Made by a program: the position numbers and the translations under genes. From Podarcis melisellensis (taxonomy: Eukaryota): 64,000 nt of DNA. The DNA lies in the NCBI GenBank assembly GCA_964234715.1, contig OZ174279.1. One strand, written 5' to 3'. The notes below the pieces were generated by a model. That model was not told the DNA's origin. It did not search any database and worked only from the letters and a program-made list of their open reading frames with translations. Positions 38,990 to 56,384 of the stretch are shown here, one piece after another. Position 1 is the first letter of the stretch; the number at the start of each line of letters is the position of its first letter.

Positions 38990-40668
38990 CTAAGAGCAAG
39001 AGGGAACCTGAGCTAGGCCAGCTCTGGAGAAAGCTGATCTTGGCCAATTAATATTAACCGAGAATGTGACCCTACGAACCCCTCAGGGGTGGTGACAGTA
39101 CCAGCAAGGTGGAATTTAGTAAGGGGGTCACAGTGCAGAAATGAAACAAAGAGACCTAAAAAGGAATTTGGCACCACTGTCGAGAGATCAAATTATTATT
39201 TTTAGCGTATGGAAACTCAGGGAAGTAGGCCTATGGCTGACTCTGCAGCAACCATTATGCCCAATCTCCACTTACATCTTACTGTACTAGCAACCTCTCA
39301 CTCCACTCAAATTCTACTTGCCTCAAAAAGGTGTTCTGGTGCTCTCAACAGAGTACATTCCTTGTAGTTAGTCTGAACACAAGTGACCCTATTTTGGTTC
39401 ATCTTAGGGTAAGTTATAGCTGCACATTAAACAGGGACAATACCTCACAGCCTCTCACACATGAATGTATTTTCACAAGAATGGGAGGGGAGAGGATCAG
39501 CATAGCTCTGGATCTTCTTAATTCTGCTTCTGTAGAAACTTTGGTAAAATTGAGCAACATGTTGCAGAATTCCTGCAGCACTCTGCCCAGTAGCCAAATA
39601 AATAGCAAGAACACCTACAAGTCTCCCCCACCCCCAAGGCAAACAGATTATTTTACTTGGTTCACAACAGAATGCATTGTTGTAAACTACTTTGGGATTT
39701 ATTTATTAATTATTATTATTATTATTAATAATATCACATAATTAGTTTTCATGAGGCAATACATTTAGAGTCAAAATTAGAGCTTTCCGGCAAAGTATAC
39801 CAGCTCACATGCAGCTAGATGATAAAAGTGTTCACACACAGCAGCCCGTCTGTGTTGACATTACATCAGAAAATAACACACAGAGAGAGAGAAAGAGAGA
39901 TAGAGAAGCATTGTCTGTGCCGGTAGTCACATGCACCCAGAGCTCGGCCCATTCTCTGCCAGTTGAGCAGAGCTGGCATCCTTCCTGAGCACGGATTAAG
40001 GGTGATTTCTGAAGGCAGCATTGCCCCTCTAGCAGATGGCAGCAACAGCAGAAGTCACACAAGGGAAGATTAAGCACTGAGATGGTTATGAGACAGCGAG
40101 ACCTGCGTGGGTGAGTCAATGGGCTCCCAGTGGGGTGGGGGATGGGATTTTGTCTCCACTATATTTTCTAAGAAAAAGGAGATCAGCTGAGGTTAAAACT
40201 CCACCTCCGCGTGAGCCCCAGCTCGCCTGCTCTAGGCATAACAGCCCCAGAGGCGGTCACGGGAACAAACCCCAGAGAGGAGTGGGGACAGGAAAAGAAG
40301 CACCATTCGTATGCATCCCAGGAAAGCTCTGTAGAGGCGTGGGGACCTGAAGGCGCGTGTCTACCGAGTTCAGGGGCTCATGGCTCTCTCTAGGAGGGTC
40401 TGTTCCAACGTGCATTCCAAGGATGCAGTCATTCGGGACGCTGCTAAGCAGTATCTGGGAAAGCGAAGAGCACCGAGCCCCAGCTTTGTTGCCCAGACCG
40501 GGCACGGCAGCCTTAGCAAACAGGCGAAGCCCTTAAGCAGCAATGGAGAAGAGGAGCTACCCGGCGGCGAAAGAGCACCGGCTCGCCCGAAGCGTGCAGG
40601 GGAAACGAGGTCTGCCCCAGCATGCACCGCAGGACCACCGCGCGTCAGAGGGATCCCCCTCGCCTTAC

Positions 40669-40770
40669 CTGGTGCTGCCATGTTCAGGGTGTAGTCAAAC
40701 CGAGACTACAACCCGCTCCCCGCGTTACCGCATCCACCGAGGCATCCTGCTCCCTGTCTTTGACCACCCT
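40669..40770 (-). other. ZDHHC16: Putative non-coding exon 1 of ZDHHC16 (5' boundary approximate)
   Basis: Strong donor CAG|gtaagg at 40668, inside the CpG island shared with EXOSC1. The ATG-bearing exon has an acceptor at 37356, so an upstream exon must exist. Confidence 0.6.
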
Positions 40771-41083
40771 CACCCTTGCGCATGCGCGACTCCACGCCGC
40801 GAGCGCCAAGCGGAACTACGATTCCCGTCACCCACTGCGCGTCGCTTCGCACGGTCTCCTCGCGCCCTCTGCCTATGGTTATCCCTCTGTGTGCCCCGCA
40901 CGCCCCGTTTTCTAATAGCTCTTCCGCCCAGGGAGGAAAGCATGCGCGCGGGGAGGAAGTCATGTGACAGCAGAGCCGGCCAATGAGGCAGCGGCTCAGC
41001 GCCCTGTTGTCGGTGGGGGAGACTTGCTTCGGAAGGCTCGTTTCCCGCGAGGGAGGCCGCCGCTCAGACTCGCCCCGGGCAGG
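40690..41083. promoter_or_regulatory. Bidirectional CpG promoter of ZDHHC16 and EXOSC1
   Basis: NRF1 palindrome TGCGCATGCGC 40777-40787. ZNF143/SBS-like ACTACGATTCCC 40815-40826. GGAAGT near 40955 and CCAAT near 40980. The divergent first exons are about 400 bp apart. Confidence 0.82.
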
Positions 41084-44000
41084 ATGGCTCCCGCGCGGTA
41101 CTGCGTCCCTGGTGGGTGACTGGGAGAGCCGGGGCGGGGGGAGGGAGGCGTCCTGGCTGGGTGCAAAAACGAGGTCGCGCTATTGAAGTTCTTCTTCTTT
41201 GGTGATCACTCGTAGTCGAGTGTGATTGTCTTCCATGAACACGTTTTTAACGGTGAGTCCGTAAGTGACTGTGGAGGCCAGTTCTGGATCCACACGTCCT
41301 TCCACAGTGGGGACATAGGTTTCCAGGCGGGAGTTGATCAAGGTGAGGATTTGCCAAGCGTGCCTTCATCTTAGCAAGTTTCTCCCTTCGTCCTGAGTTC
41401 CAGCCATGATACCTTTGGTTGTTGTTCTGTTTGGCTGTTCTCCATTTGGAGCGCTCGCAGACCAGTGTTTCCTAGTTGTCCATCTTTCCCATAGGGCTTA
41501 GTGGTGCATCGCGCCAGGGCCTCTTGGGTTCCCCAGCGAGTTGGGGAGCTGCGCGGCTTTGCCAGCGGCCTCACCTTTCCCTGCACACCCGCCAGCTACG
41601 CCCTGCCAACCATACGGCCCGCGGGCGTGCAGCTTGCTTCCTAACCCTCCGCGGGAGGAGAGCGATCCCCGCAGAGGCTTGGGATGGAAGCTGCACCCCA
41701 CCAACCATATGACTGGCGGGTGCACAGCTTCCCTCCCAAGCCTCTGCGGGGATCGCTCTCTTGCAGCAGCATGGGGGAGAGTTGCGCCCCCCCCCATGCC
41801 TGGCAGTGCTCAGCTTCGCCCCCCCCCCATCTGCGGTAATTTGGGGGCGCTGGGCCCTGGGTGTTTATACTACATTTTTAAAGATTTGTCTTGAGAGAGC
41901 CTTTAAACCTCTTTTGTTGACCACCAGCATTATGCTTTACGTTTTTAAGTTCGGAATAGAGCAGTTGCTTTGGAAGATTATAATCAGGCATCTGAACAAC
42001 ATGACCAGTCCAACGAAGTTGATGTTGAAGAATCATTGCTTCGACACTGGTGATCTTTGCTTCTTCCAGTATACTGGCATTAGTTCGCCTGTCTTCTCAA
42101 ATGATGTGTAAAAATTTTTGGAGACACCATTGATGGAATCTTTTGAAGAGTTGGAGATGGCATTTATTATAAGTGGTCCATGTTTATAACTCCAGGTAGC
42201 TCAATGGGAGAGGTATCAGGACAGTCCCTGTTCAGGATGGCAGCTGTGGCAAACTACAACGCAGTTGCGCAGCCGGGTAATGTTAGGATTTGTGCCTCCT
42301 CTCCTGCCCCCGTTTTAAACCATAGGAAAGTTTTTAATGTTTGATACGCACCTGTTAACAGCATGATGGGAGTCACTAAATGGGGCTGGGGGTACATGAG
42401 TTGGTCCTGCTTTTCACTATGACAGCTTCTCCTGCTGTGTCTGTTACTGTCTGAGAGGACAGTCAACTCTAGGCAATGAGATGTTTGACTTGCATTCTGT
42501 CCTGCAGGAGAGAGACTCTGCAGCTTAGAGGAAGGAACCCCTGGAAGTGGCACCTACACCCGTCATGGTTCGATCTATGCCTCCCTGGCTGGTTGTCTCA
42601 TGAAGAAAAGTGAGAATGGCATGGTGAGATTGAAGCAACCTCTGGGAAACAGTATAAGGGGTTGGTGTAGTGGGAATTGCAAGCACTGAATGCTTTGATG
42701 TGAGCAGTGCTAGTTCATAATGTAGGACCAAGAGAGGAACCAAGTCACAGATTTGGGAAGGTGGGGAATGCATAACTGTGACCTTGGATGAGTCAACATA
42801 GCTCAGTTGGTTAGATCATGGTGCTGATAATGGTAAGGTTACAGGTTTGATCTCCGTATGGGACAGCTGCATATTCCTGCATTGCAGGGGGTTGGACTAG
42901 ATGATCCTCAGGGTCCTTTCCAACTCTACAGCATGATTCTGTGAATAGCTGTGGAGCTGTTCTGGGTCTCACAGATTCTTGACTGGAGGTGGGTCTGTGC
43001 AAGAAGGCAGGTGAGCTTCATGTCATGTGAACTGGATGGTGCATAATCATGACACCCTATAAAGCCTGAAATGTATACTGTGGCACCTGTAGTGATTAGA
43101 AGATTACATTTATATTATCCTGTGAATCGCCCTGAGACCTGTGGATATAGGGTGGTATACAAATTTAATAAATATTAACAACAACAACAAGTGTATGGTC
43201 AGCTGGTAATCCACAAGAAGTTTTGAGACATGGTTATCTTATAGTGTCATCCTAACACTTGTAATTCAGTAGTTTTCAACCATGGGTCCCCCAGATTTGT
43301 TGAACTACACCTATTATCCCTGGCCATTGGCTAAACTGGATGGGGTTGATGGGAATTTTAATCCATCCACACCTGAGGACCTGTGGTTGATGAGCACGGC
43401 TCTAAGCAATGCGTCAAATAAATCATGACTAGTCTTCTTTGCTTCTCTTTAGCTCCCGGTGGTTTCTGTGATGAGGGACGTGGAATCTCAGCTTCTTCCT
43501 GATGTGGGAGCTACAGTGACGTGCAAGGTAACCTCATTTCTATCTTGGCACAGTATAATTGTCTTTCATTCATCTACTGGTGGGCCAAGGAAAGCAACAG
43601 GTTTGGCTTTGAACCAGATATAGAAACCATTTGCCACAAGCCTGACTATTGCAGCTGAGCAATGTTTTCTACATCTTTTTATGTGGTGCACTCCTTAGAG
43701 TGTCTGATTAGGGCCTGAGAGACCAGGGTTCAAATCCCTACTCGGGCATGAAGTTCACTGGGTGATCTTGAGCTAGTCACCAACTCTTGGCCTCCCTTAT
43801 CTCACTGGGTTGTTATGAGGATAATTTAGAGAGGAGAATCATGTTTGCCACCTTGACATGCTTTGCGGGGAAAGGTGGGATATAAATGTCTTGATATATA
43901 ATAAAATGGCATGGATGTTTTCACACAGCACTTTGCTTGGCTCTTGGCACTGCAAACTACAGTGTGACAACAGACTTCTGAGAGCTACTTGCCCATCACA

Positions 44001-46926
44001 GCAATTTGGGGGATGAGACAAAGGTGGTAGGAGGAGAGAGATGGAGGCAGGTGTCTGGCCCAGTTGAACCATGGAAGAATGGCCAGGAAGGGCTAGGCAG
44101 CAGCCCAGCAACCATCTTGCTCTGCTGCTGCCTGTCTCTCCAGTGACACCATTTCGGCTTTAGCAACATCAGAGGATAAGAGAATTGGAGGAGGGAAACG
44201 GGTGGGAAGCCTAGGTGAGCTGAGGGCAAAGTAATGGGAGCAGGTAGTGGTGGTTTGATATGCTCTAATGGGAGCGGTTGACTTGGTGAGGCATAAGAGG
44301 AGGGGGGTTGACAAGTGGGTGGGTGCAGCTGGCAAGTGCAGTGAGCAGGAGCTCAGCCCCTAGTAATAAATACCAGGGCTCTTGGTCTGTTCAGCCCCTG
44401 AATACCAGAAGCCCAAGTTCCTTCATTACCAAGTCCAGTATAAACCTTGCAAGCATTGCCAGAACAAAGTGTTGTTGACAGAAAGGAAGAAGCACGTACT
44501 TCATCTCAAAAACTAGCTTTGATTTTTCTCCTCCACAGAGCAGAAAGCATCATCGACTGCAATCCTAAAATTACTTTTGTTACTTAGAAAAAGGGGAGGG
44601 GGAATTGCATTGAAGTTACTGTTCCTTGTGATTACTCTGTTCGATTTGTCCAATCTGAAATTCAGTTATGGTTTTCTCTCCCCTTTTTCCCACCCCCAAT
44701 ATTCCCACCCAGGTTTGCAGCATTAACTCTCGTTTTGCCAAGGTGCACATCTTGTATGTCGGCTCTACACCATTAAAATCCCCATTCCGTGGAACTATCC
44801 GGTAGGAAGACAACTTTGTTGTGGGGCTTCTTCTGAGGTGTTGGGTGTCTGCACTTTTAGAGAGGAGATAAGGCCAGCACTTATAAATATTTTGTTTTAC
44901 TCTCATCAGTAGCACTTGAGCGCTAGTAGGAATTGTTTTATTATATTTATGTTCCTTTCATTTATATAATTTTGTTGTGGAACCCAAGGCAGTGTTTGGA
45001 TCCCAGGCAGTCATCCATCTAGACACTAGCAAGACCCAGATCTACTTCGTTCAGTAAGGTGCTTGGCCTCATGTTCAGACTTCTTGGTTTTTCATCTAAA
45101 CTAGCTAACCCTTCCTCCAAAAGCTTCTTCTTCTTCTTTGGCAATCGCTCATAGCCAAGTCAGTATAGTCAGTTTTCTTTTAGGGGAGGGAGAGGAGGAC
45201 TAGGGTGAACTCTTACCTTCTTTTCTCCTGCTGCAGGAGAGAAGATGTCAGAGCTACAGAGAAAGACAAGGTCAGTGGAATAAACATTTTGGATACATGT
45301 GATGGGAATAGGTAGTATACCTAATGCGCATAGCCAGGAGCATTTCTTCCTGGCACGAATACATACATGTGTGTGGCGGACTAGGACATGGGAGACTTTG
45401 AAGCCCTCTGGGTGACCTTGGGCTAGTCACCATCTCTCTGCCTAACCTACCTCACAGGGTGTCAGGGAACTGCCATCGGAGAGTCAGGTGGTGGAAGGGC
45501 TCAAGGAGGCTAGGAGACCTTCGGATGCTGAGGAAGGAACCAGTAGGGGGAGAGGGAGAGTTCCTGCAGAAACTCAATCGGAGGAATGGCTCCAAGATGT
45601 TTCCAGTGAGAACAGTGGGGAGGACTCAGGACCTCCGCTGGGGACGCCCACTCCGCGGAGGAAACTGTCACGCAGAGAATACAAAAGGAGAGTTTCCGTC
45701 AAGGAACTCTTATGTTGGCGTAAATTCCGGAAACGCCCACTGACGGATTCTGCCAGCGATTGAGGTGGCCATGCACCCATGGCTCCTCAGACTGGGAAAG
45801 TTTAGGCACTGATGGTAAAGCTTGGAGGACTTAAACGCTTACGCACGAGCAGCCCCCTTTTCCCATTAGACAGGGTTGCCGTGAAGACAGTATCGAGAGG
45901 GGGACAAGTGGGTTTGCCACCTTGGGCTCATTGGAGAAAACTGTGTGATAAAAAAATAATAAAATCATTACTGCTCTTGGGGAAACTTCCCTGAGGAAAA
46001 GCAAAACCTTGTGGGGGCAAGAGGACATTTAGCAATGCCTCTTTTTGTACGTTTGTTGAATAAAAGGCTTGTGATTTCTGGATAAAGGACATCTTAGCAC
46101 AAGATCTGATGGATGTTCTCTTCACGTTCAAATCAGCCATGTTTCACTGCACACTTTCCCTTGTATTTTGCTTTTCACACTTTCTCTTTCCTTCCCACCT
46201 CATGCATGGTGACAGGTAGAGGTTTACAAGAGTTTCCGCCCAGGAGATATTGTTTTGGCCAAAGTTGTATCCTTTTCTTGTTTCTGCCTTTATGTGCTGT
46301 GTATGTATGTGCTATCTGCAAGAGAAATCTTTAAGCATTGCACCTTAACTCAGCCTGTGGGGCTAGATCTCTCTGGGTGATGCACAGTCCAACTATTTGC
46401 TGACAACAGCGGAAAATGAGCTGGGGGTAGTGGTGGCTCATAGTGAAGCAGGTAAGGCCAGTCTTGTTCCAAGCAGGTTGTACATAATGCTGAAATCTAC
46501 CGAACATGCTGACATATTCTGGACCCCTTAAATGTATGATTAAGGAAGAAGCATTAGTAACATCACTATTGAGGGAAGACATTCTATAATATAGAATATC
46601 CACTTAGGTTGTAAAGTGAAAAAGGGCAGTTTATGGATGCAGTAACTAAATTTCAGAGAGCCAGGTAGTGGTATATTTTTTATTAATTTAATTTAATTTA
46701 TATACTGCCCTATATCTGGGGGTCTCAGTGTGGTCGCAAGGCACCTTTAATGAGTGGAGGAATCTTTCTTTCCCTGAGAAGGGTGTCTGTGTAACTATGG
46801 ATTTCTGTTCTGATTTCAGGAGTACAGATGGTGCCAATCAGCTGGTGTGAAATGCAGTGCCCCAGTACACATAGCAAGGAACTGCGCAAGGTAGCCAGAG
46901 TACAGCCCCAGTTTCTGCAGACGTAG
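41084..46926 (+). CDS. EXOSC1: Exosome complex component CSL4; 8 exons, 585 nt, 194 aa
   Basis: Exons: 41084-41111, 42508-42623, 43453-43527, 44713-44801, 45237-45270, 46216-46266, 46367-46451, 46820-46926. Protein MAPARYCVPGERLCSLEEGTPGSGTYTRHG...[50 protein letters not shown]...RKVARVQPQFLQT* matches recalled EXOSC1. It is largely missed by the ORF track. Confidence 0.96.
41189..42185 (-). mobile_element. 5'-truncated RTE-clade LINE, interrupted by a GC-rich insert (41481-41859)
   Basis: Minus-strand decayed ORF ...RFHQWCLQKFL..EDRRTNASILEEAKITSVEAMILQHQLRWTGHVVQMPDYNLPKQLLYSELK...; (GAA)n tail at 41189-41200. A short tail copy lies at about 45124-45160. Confidence 0.85.
42798..42944 (+). 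mobile_element. POM-like SINE copy
   Basis: ATAGCTCAGTTGGTTAGATCATGGTGCTGATAATGG...GGTTGGACTAGATGATCCTCAGGGTCC. Confidence 0.82.
43685..43900 (+). mobile_element. Squam2/MIR-like SINE (second, interrupted copy at about 45375-45965)
   Basis: B-box GGTTCAAATCCC and core CTGGGTGATCTTGAGCTAGTCACC...GGGTTGTTATGAGGATAA, shared with the 45375 copy. Confidence 0.6.
45460..45872 (+). mobile_element. LTR-like insertion (TGTC...GACA) splitting a SINE in EXOSC1 intron 5
   Basis: The host SINE CCTCACAGGG|...|GGGTTGCCGTGAAG resumes after about 410 bp. CpG-retaining sequence with TG..CA termini. Confidence 0.55.
46267..46366 (+). other. EXOSC1: U12-type GT-AG intron 6 of EXOSC1 (100 nt)
   Basis: 5' splice site GTATCCTTT at 46267. 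Branch CCTTAAC at 46343-46349. Purine-rich sequence before the TAG at 46364-46366. Confidence 0.92.
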
Positions 46927-47225
46927 TGACTGATGTATGCCCAAAGATGCACAGCAAGTACATGAAAGGCTTTGCTACAGCTTGCAAGCTTAGAGGGGCA
47001 TGGAAGCAGCCTCCTTTGCTGTTGCTGTGAATGGACCTTATGAGTGTGCAAAACAGAGCTGGGCCACTTTGGCTTCTGGAATGGTCTGGGAAAGAAAAGT
47101 TGATGACAACTCTGGATTCCTCTTGATTTTATATTGCTGTTGTACTGTTTTATAAACCAACCAACTCTTCCCTGTTGTTCCTGTCTTTTCTGCCTGATTT
47201 TAATCTTAACACCTGGTAAAGGACA

Positions 47226-47282
47226 AATAAAACCGTCCTCCTTTCTGAGCCATAAGCAGTACTGTTTTTTATCTTTAATAAA
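47226..47282 (+). terminator. Tandem candidate EXOSC1 poly(A) signals
   Basis: AATAAA at 47226-47231 and 47277-47282. Confidence 0.6.
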
Positions 47283-47360
47283 TACCACCTATAGGCGATA
47301 TAAAAGTTTTTCTCTAGAGAAGGTTAACTTCCTCCTTTGAACTTGGGTACATTCAGTCCT

Positions 47361-47699
47361 GGGATGTGGGTGGCTCTGTGGTCTAAACCACTGAGGGCTT
47401 GCCTATCGGAAGGTCGGCAGTTCAAATCCCCGCGACAGAGTGAGCTCCTGTTGTTCAGTCCCAGCTCCTGCCCACCTAGCAGTTCAAAAGCACGTCAAAG
47501 TGCAAGTAGATAAATAGGTACCGCTCCGGCGGGAAGGTAAATGTGTGCTGCTCTGGTTCCCCAGAAGCGGCTTAGTCATGCTGGCCACATGACCCAGAAG
47601 CTGTACGGTGGCTCCCTCGGCCAATAAAGTGAACTGAGCAGCCCAACCCCAGAGTCGTCCACGACTGAACTTAACAGTCAGGGGCCCCTTTACCTTTTT
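47361..47699 (+). mobile_element. Sauria SINE (Squam1-type), full length
   Basis: tRNA-like head with B-box GTTCAAATCC, GCAAGTAGATAAATAGGTACC core and TTTACCTTT tail. 13-bp TSD TACATTCAGTCCT at 47348-47360 and 47700-47712. Confidence 0.88.
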
Positions 47700-48481
47700 T
47701 ACATTCAGTCCTAGATGGTTTGATCTAATGAACCCCCCTGTCCTTGTTGGACGATGTTATTGGAGAAGCAAGGGTGGTGATTAGGTGTGCAGGATCCCAG
47801 GCAGTGCCCAAGTTCTGAAGTAGATAGCTCCAAGGCACTCGAGAGGGAGAACCAAAGGAATGAATGCCTAGTCACAAAAAGGAAATTTGATATTGTTCCT
47901 ATCTAAACATAAATGTTTGAGTGTAAGTAAACCAGGATTGACCTTTGTGTTCCCTCCTATTACTCTTGTGTTCACATTTTCTGTATACAGTACTGGCTTA
48001 TGTTTAGTATCCCCAGTATTGCAATGTTTTGACATTCCCATGTAAACTAGTTACCAAATCTGAAAAAATAAAAAATAAAACAATGGTTTGAATCCCTTTC
48101 TTTGTCAGCAGGGCCACGTGGAAGGGGAATCCCGTACTTGGGAACTGTACTTCCCTGTTGATCAGTAGCAGTTATGTGTGTGTAAGCCAACAGGGACACC
48201 AACCACCTACAATGCTCACCTTGGGAGTGGTTTGGGGATCAGCTAGAGTAGAACATAAGACTTGTCCTTATATGGACTTTACCTACATGGGCTTCACAGC
48301 CAGTAGTTTTAAGATGGAACAAAAGATGACCTGGGTCCTTTTCAGACCTGCTTGCAGTGGATAGATGCTGTGACTAAATGGGAAAGGAGAGATGGAAAAG
48401 TCAGCATAGGGGGCAACAAGTAACACTATTTCTTGGAATCATTAAGATTGTACAGACACAGGAGCTATTGCACATAATTCC

Positions 48482-48487
48482 TTTATT
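48482..48487 (-). terminator. Candidate PGAM1 poly(A) signal
   Basis: AATAAA on minus, about 815 nt after the stop. Confidence 0.6.
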
Positions 48488-49300
48488 TTACTGAGAATAG
48501 GGCAAATGCAGCCATTGTACAGTGAAGTGAGCTCCAGTGTAAACCTGCCCTAAATCAGGCAGGGATACCACACAGACTGTGGGGCAGAAAAGCAACACAT
48601 GATGATACACAGTATCTGGGCTTACTGGCACTACACAGCAAAGTTACGGGATCGCAGCTGGAGATTCCAGGGTGGGTGCTGTTCCCTTTTCTCTTCCCCT
48701 AGCTTCACTCCTTCCTACAATCGTTTTGAAGGCAATGAAATAATGAGCTGGCTATTGTTACCTAATACAGAATCAGACGTAACTCCTGGGACAACTAAAA
48801 ATAATAAAAAAGACTCTTTAGCAAAATTACATGCTCTCTTTCAAAAGACCCATAAAAAATAAATGGTCCTTGAGCATCCCTGTTGTGCTGTCTGAAGCAC
48901 CCCTAGCTAGCTTTAATCACGAGTGACCAAACCAAATCGAGCAATACTACTACAGCTGCCACATAAAATGGAAAGAAGGCAGGAGGGACTCTCTCTTCGG
49001 AATGCTTGGGGATTCCCCCCTTCACTTTAGCAGCATCACATTCCATGGCGCTAGGGCTTGCTCATCTGCCAGACCCCTGTGCTGGACTGTGGTCCACATC
49101 CCTAGTGTATCTAGCCATATCCTGCTGGGGGGAAAGTGAATGTGGAAGGACGTTGGTCTTGAAGGAAAGAACGGGGTGGCCCCAGGAAGCTTCACCTCCT
49201 TTGGCTCGTCTGCCCAGTCCCTCAGGCTGTGGCAGGCATGTGCTGGGAAGGAAAGGGATGAGGGAGGGGGAGATCTTCTACGGAGTACTTGGGTTTGCCT

Positions 49301-54676
<5,376 letters not shown>

Positions 54677-56384
54677 GGCGGGAACCGAGAAGCCGGGATG
54701 CGATGCAAGCGCCGCAGATGCACTCGACACACTGCGACGCCACCGACCGGGAGACGCTCGGCCAGGCAAGGGGCGTGCGCCCAAAGACCAGCCCTCTGTG
54801 GTGGCGCATCTCAGGCATCCGCGCAGACAGGCAGCGGACAAATTCCGGGCTCGCTTTTCGCATAACGTTTTTCTACCCAAGAGAAATGAGAGTTGCCCAT
54901 CAAGAAAGAAAGAAATCTAAGGTTTCGGCTTAGTTGTGATTGGGCAGCAGAACTCCCTCTCGCCAAACTCAGCAGCCAAGATAGGTGTGCTGAACTTTTC
55001 GTGTGGAAATCATATTTAAGACATGTTTCTAAACACTAAACGCAGCGCATCTTTATGCAAGTCAACAGAGTTGATCGCCAATTTCGGCTGTGAACAAGTC
55101 CGAGGAGGGGATAATTAAAGTATATTTGTGGCAACCTTAAGAGTGTTTTCTATGGGGCTTTTTGCTGTTGTTGGAAACAAGGCTCAGGCCCATCTCAAGT
55201 GGGCTCCATATGAAATAACTGGCTAATGGCCGAGCAATTTGTCAGTGTATTGAAACTATGTTAAACAGCACCTGCCACACAAAATAAGATCTGGATTACA
55301 AAAGAGCACGCTACATAAAAATTCTTAATATCTCCATTTACTGACTTCTCTAAGCAGTTCTTCCAACCCAGGAGAAACTAAAACCTCTTTTAAAGGAGCC
55401 AGGAAGTTTGCCTCCAGATAGTTGAATGGTACCTCTGCACATTTACAATCTCTATGGGCATTCTAGCCCCACTCAACCCCCCCCTCCGGATTCAGTATTG
55501 CGCATGCTCTGGTTTTCGATCCGGCAGTCTGTGTCTCAGACTGGAATTCATACGTGCGTTTTTTAGGAGGAACTATGAAGGTTTGGCGCATGCGTCCAGA
55601 AGGAGGCGCCTGGTCGCTCCCTCCGGCACGGCGCTCACGAAGCGCACGCGAAGGGCAACGTGACCTTCATCCGCTGGGATGGTCACCATTGCAATGTGCC
55701 TGGGCATCCCACACAGGCGGTGCTAGAAGGGGCGCGGGGGGGAGTGCCCCCCAAATTATTGAGCTCGCCCTCACTCCATCCCCTTCAGCTGCTAGACACC
55801 TGTCATTAACATTACGGTAATTTTTCTGCCAGAAATCTTAACGTGAGGACACAACTTGCTCATCCAGAAATATACTTTGCTTTTTCTCTGTCTCTCTCCC
55901 CCGTTTCATCTGGTGCTACCCCTTCATCCCCGTGGACTGCTCTGTTTTTAAATTTCACCCTTAATTCAAGATGTTATTTAACACACCAAGGAGGGTAGAT
56001 CCCTAAGGAGCCAGACTGGGCAGGTTAGAGTTGTATCGTAAGCGGAGCCATAAATTCCAGATGGCGTCCTTCAGAATGAGCACCAGCTTGCATAGGATGA
56101 ATGCTTTGGAACAGCCACATGCTAGTGAACAGTAGACACTTAACACCTATAGCACAGGCTCATAGCCAGTCCAGGCATCAGGGGGTTGCAACTTTGCATG
56201 CTTGAATGTTCCTCCTGTGTGGCAGGGAATTCTGCCTCTAGAAAGCTAGAGTGTAAAGGAATGAAAGTCCCACCTTATTTTCTTCCTGTTGTGCTCAAAG
56301 CAGGGCAGATATCTGACCCCCACCCCACCCCAAGTGATACTGGCCTGAAAAAATCTTCACAAAAGTGTATGAGAGAATGTGATG

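Noticed and set aside
54677-54880. In-frame N-terminal extension of PGAM1 (similar ones at MMS19 8863 and RRP12 58128)
   Set aside because: They start at TTG in GC-rich promoter DNA; the downstream ATGs match the known N-termini.
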